64,000 nucleotides of DNA, taken from NCBI RefSeq assembly GCF_009914755.1, contig NC_060928.1; one strand, 5' to 3'. The position numbers and the translations under genes were made by a program. Source of the stretch: the human T2T-CHM13v2.0 reference genome, Homo sapiens. Below, piece by piece: positions 58,701 through 64,000 of this stretch; the first letter of the stretch is position 1, and each line of letters opens with the position of its first letter. The notes under the pieces were generated by a model. It saw only the letters and a list, made by a program, of their open reading frames with translations, searched no databases and was not told the DNA's origin.

Positions 58701-59827
58701 CCCTCCCCAGTTATCAAAGTACTATCCTCAGGGTTGAATATCAGAGAGAAAAAAAAGAAAATAATGTTGACCTATTAATATTTCTATCTCCAGAGAATAT
58801 GATTGGCTGTTCACAAGTTAGTATATGCCTTTTAAAAGAAAATCTATCCTACAGATAGATTTTTTTAATCATATTTTTTTATCATAACATTATACCAAAA
58901 ATCTTCTCATGGTATTTTCAACACACCAGACATTATATGTCTATATATTTATATTTTTATTTCTATAATATTCTAAACTGTGGATGTGCCTTTACATTAG
59001 GCTACTTAAGTTTGCTTTATGATTTTGGTATTTAGTCATTGTTTTCTTTTGTATGTAGTAAATTGGGTGCTCTTATTTTATTGCAATTTTATGTTATTTT
59101 CAAAAACATTTAAAAATTGTCAAAGAAAATTTTAAACCATCCATGTGGTTCATTTTGAGGCCTCAATTTTGAAAACTATAATTTTAGGTGAGCAAATATT
59201 GTACACATGGCTCTCCTTTAATAACCTTATTAATCATGTGTTCTCTCTAAGATTACCCATTGAAACCTCTTTTGTATGGAGTTAGACTTTTGGCTGTCAT
59301 GTCAATATATTTTTACTCTCCGTAAGAACAGTCAGCCTACAGATTATGCCATGGAAACAGATTGATTGGCTATAATATATCTTATTCAGTTGTTGAAGAA
59401 AGATTTAGAATTATGACTGGTCTTCCAAAAATGTTTCAGGGTCATAACTGATCCTTATGAAATGCATGAGACTAGGTATTGACTAGTCAACCGACAAGCT
59501 ATTTGAAAAAGCTACTTGTTAATTTTAATCAAACTAGTAAGCCAGAAAAAAATATTTTCTTTCTTTAATCAGAAAAATGATTTATACTACAAAAATACTT
59601 CACTAATTCAAGTGCATTGATATGTGACATTGTGAAATATCAAGTTGCTTGTCTAAGCCTATGCATGGCCTGTACCAAAGGCAGAACCCTGCCTGCAGGT
59701 TTAACCTGATGATTGATGCACACTCCTGCAGGAACAGCAGTAAAGCCTTTGCTCACAGCAGCCAGTGGGAACTGATCATGTGCAGTGCAGCAACCCAGTT
59801 TAAATTGGCCTACTTCACACTGATAGT

Positions 59828-59913
59828 GTCACTATGGGAACTATCCTCACAGACCCACTAGAGACCTGGGGTCACTATGGGAACTATCCTCACAGACCCA
59901 CTAGAGACCTGGG
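59828..59913 (+). repeat. Perfect 2 x 43-bp tandem duplication
   Basis: gtcactatgggaactatcctcacagacccactagagacctggg at 59828-59870 and 59871-59913. Confidence 0.98.
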
Positions 59914-60354
59914 GGCTTTTCTTCTAGTGACTAATATCCCTCATCTGATATTTTGCTAGATGGAATTCTAAATAGGGAACTTCTTTACATCAGGCTAAGC
60001 AGGTCCAATGTCTAAGGCAGAAACTAGAACACATAATATGTCCCAAATATTTACGGAACAAACACTGATCTATCAAAGTGCTTTCAGAATTTCAAAATAC
60101 ATGGATTTTAGAAAATAATTTTTTTATTGTTAAAGATTTATGTTCCTGTCCACTTAAGACATATTGTTAAAAAATTAGTAAGAGGTAAGTATGCATTGCC
60201 AAGTTAATCTTTGGTAATGTTAGGGAGATAGGTTTTAAGCATTTGAACACACAAAATTTGTTTCTATGTTTTTTTCATTTTGTTCCACAAGGAGTTAATG
60301 ATGGTAGGCTGGGAGGCTTGTGTCTTCCTTTTAGTGGCGCACAGATTACGTAGA

Positions 60355-60626
60355 AATGTGCTATTCAAAGTATAACCTGTGGACCCACATTTGCATCTCC
60401 ACAAATGGCTTGTTACAGTCTGCAGAAATATAAGTAGAGAGACTTATAAGAACCAGTGAATAGAAACATTTTATAGCAATTTGATATTGTCAAAACACCC
60501 TACTATTCTTGTAGACCCATTTTTATGAACGTGATATAGACCAACAATATCAATCAATATAAAAATGAATTGGAAATAAAAAAACAAAACTGGTTATTCA
60601 CCACAAGATGGTTTGAGAAGCAATTA
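60355..60626. mobile_element. hAT-Charlie-like DNA transposon relic
   Basis: Ends gtgctattcaaagt... and ...ggtttgagaagcaatt resemble Charlie-type TIRs. Confidence 0.5.
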
Positions 60627-61979
60627 CATAGTGCATAGATTCTAGATATTTGACTTCAGTGTGATGGCCTTCTCTACTTTGTATCTTCTCTGTGCCTGAT
60701 ATTTTGATTGATTATTTCTGGAGACCTGAATGAAAGAGTTGCTAATGACACTAGTCAAGGTTTACTCATAAATCATATATATTGGAAAGATTTTCCTCCT
60801 CCTCTATGAGTCCATCTTTTAATAATCATGGCCAACTCCAAGAAGAAAGTACCTGACCACATTCATTCAAATATGTAATATGAAGTCAAGTGAATCTTTC
60901 AGCTAGTTCATTGAAAAGTTTGCACATGACTGCTTGATGCTGATCTATGTTCAACCCTAAGGTATATGCTTCTTTTTTTTTGCTAACTTATTTGTGCGTG
61001 AGTGGTATATTTGTCTGGGTTTGTTTGCGTATGTTTGTTTGGGTGAGTTTTGATGGCAGTGGGTTTAGAGGGATTTGTTAATAGCATGAGCATTTCTCAT
61101 GACAAACTACCTGATTATATTACTTTCCTCATTGTGATATTGGAAGTCAGACTATGGTCTCGATTAATTAACAATAACAAAAACTATGGAGGCAAAGTAT
61201 CACAATATTATGGTTACATAAATATAGTAGATGCTTATAATCTGAGGGGTGGGATGGAGTTGGCGTCTTTTGGAGTACCCTGTAAGCAAAGGGAGAAATA
61301 TGCTTGTGTTCACTTAGAGGCTCAGTTGTGTTCTAGTGAGAAGGGGTTTCTGATGTGCCACCTGCCCTGGGAGTTGGTTACTCTTCAGTTCCCTTATTCT
61401 ACATATTTGGCAGTACTGGGTCTTTATTTTGGCCTGGAGAGAAAACTGTTGGTATTAGTGCTTAGAAATTCAGTCTTAATAAGTATGCAACAGAATGACA
61501 AGCATGTTGTGTACCATTCACATTACAGGCATCTACCAGCAACCAAGGTGAGAAAATCCATTCACATCTGCTCCTCTGGAGAAGCAAAGTTGTCCAGACC
61601 AGAATTTTTGCATCCCTGAGCAGATTCTTTGTTTAACTCATGTTCTCTTAAGCACCATATGCTTCTCTCCCTTATACCCAGGGGAAAATTTATCAAAAGC
61701 TAAAAACTCCATACTTCAGTGACAGCTTAAATAAATATCATCCTTTAAGAATATCTAAATGTAATGACTTTATGAAAACATTCCATAAAGAACTCAAATC
61801 TCTCACTTGCGATAAACAATTCATGCAAAATAGTATTTAAAGGAAACCCAAATACTCCACCCCATTTTAATAACCTTTCATAGAATACCGTTTTCTGTGA
61901 TCTCATATACATTAACTAATTAGATTTGCCTCTACTTATTTTTCCAGTGTAATCAGGATTCTATTTCAGAAGAGTCATA

Positions 61980-62346
61980 AGATGGATCCCTTAGGAGGCA
62001 GACTCAGAGATGGAGATTAGCGTGTAGGAAATGCATTAGGGAGTACTCTTGAAATCCAAACAATGGAAGGGAAGGAAGTAGGAATAGGCAGAGGGAGAGA
62101 TTGATACGTGATGTAGTTGCAACAGGAGCCTCAGCCGACATCATAGGATGGGCTTTCAGATTCCTCCTAGGTTAAGGCGAGGGGGTGGGCCTTTGCAGCG
62201 CTGTGTTGATCAGTTTTTGGATATGAACTACCCTGAGAAGAGGACATGACCTTGGGGAAGGAGACATTTTGGGCAGGGCACTTCGTAAAAAGGGCTGATA
62301 GCTGAAGGCTGTGTCCTGGCAGCACTTCTAGCACTTGGGAGAATAA
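61980..62346. mobile_element. ERVL LTR (LTR16C/A-like), cut by the adjacent L1
   Basis: gcagactcagagatggagattagcgtgtaggaa...ggcagagggagagttga...catgaccttgggg. Confidence 0.75.

Positions 62347-64000
<1,654 letters not shown>

Noticed and set aside
61050-61619. 189-codon ORF in non-repeat DNA
   Set aside because: No recognisable domain or exon structure, and consistent with a chance ORF. I cannot support a CDS without conservation data.

Overview
Primate (very likely human) AT-rich genomic DNA dominated by interspersed repeats. It holds several old fragmented LINE-1s (L1M-type), a young but disabled L1PA2-like element running off the right edge, six Alus (all on the - strand), MaLR/ERVL LTRs including a complete THE1D/MSTA-like LTR-int-LTR, a truncated class I ERV with a gag capsid remnant, DNA transposon relics, MIR/L2 relics and microsatellites. 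I find no supportable host protein-coding exon, RNA gene or prokaryotic-type system. The supplied ORFs are repeat-derived or chance ORFs. I did not find a convincing new biological system. The most interesting signals record repair and retrotransposition events: a ~250-bp templated insertion at a deletion junction (46031-46283, copied from 48162-48412), a TSD-flanked L1 missing most of its interior, an Alu+L1 unit sharing one outer TSD, a perfect 43-bp tandem duplication, and a few speculative exon candidates. Repeat subfamily names come from recalled consensus sequences, not a RepeatMasker run, and boundaries of old elements are approximate.
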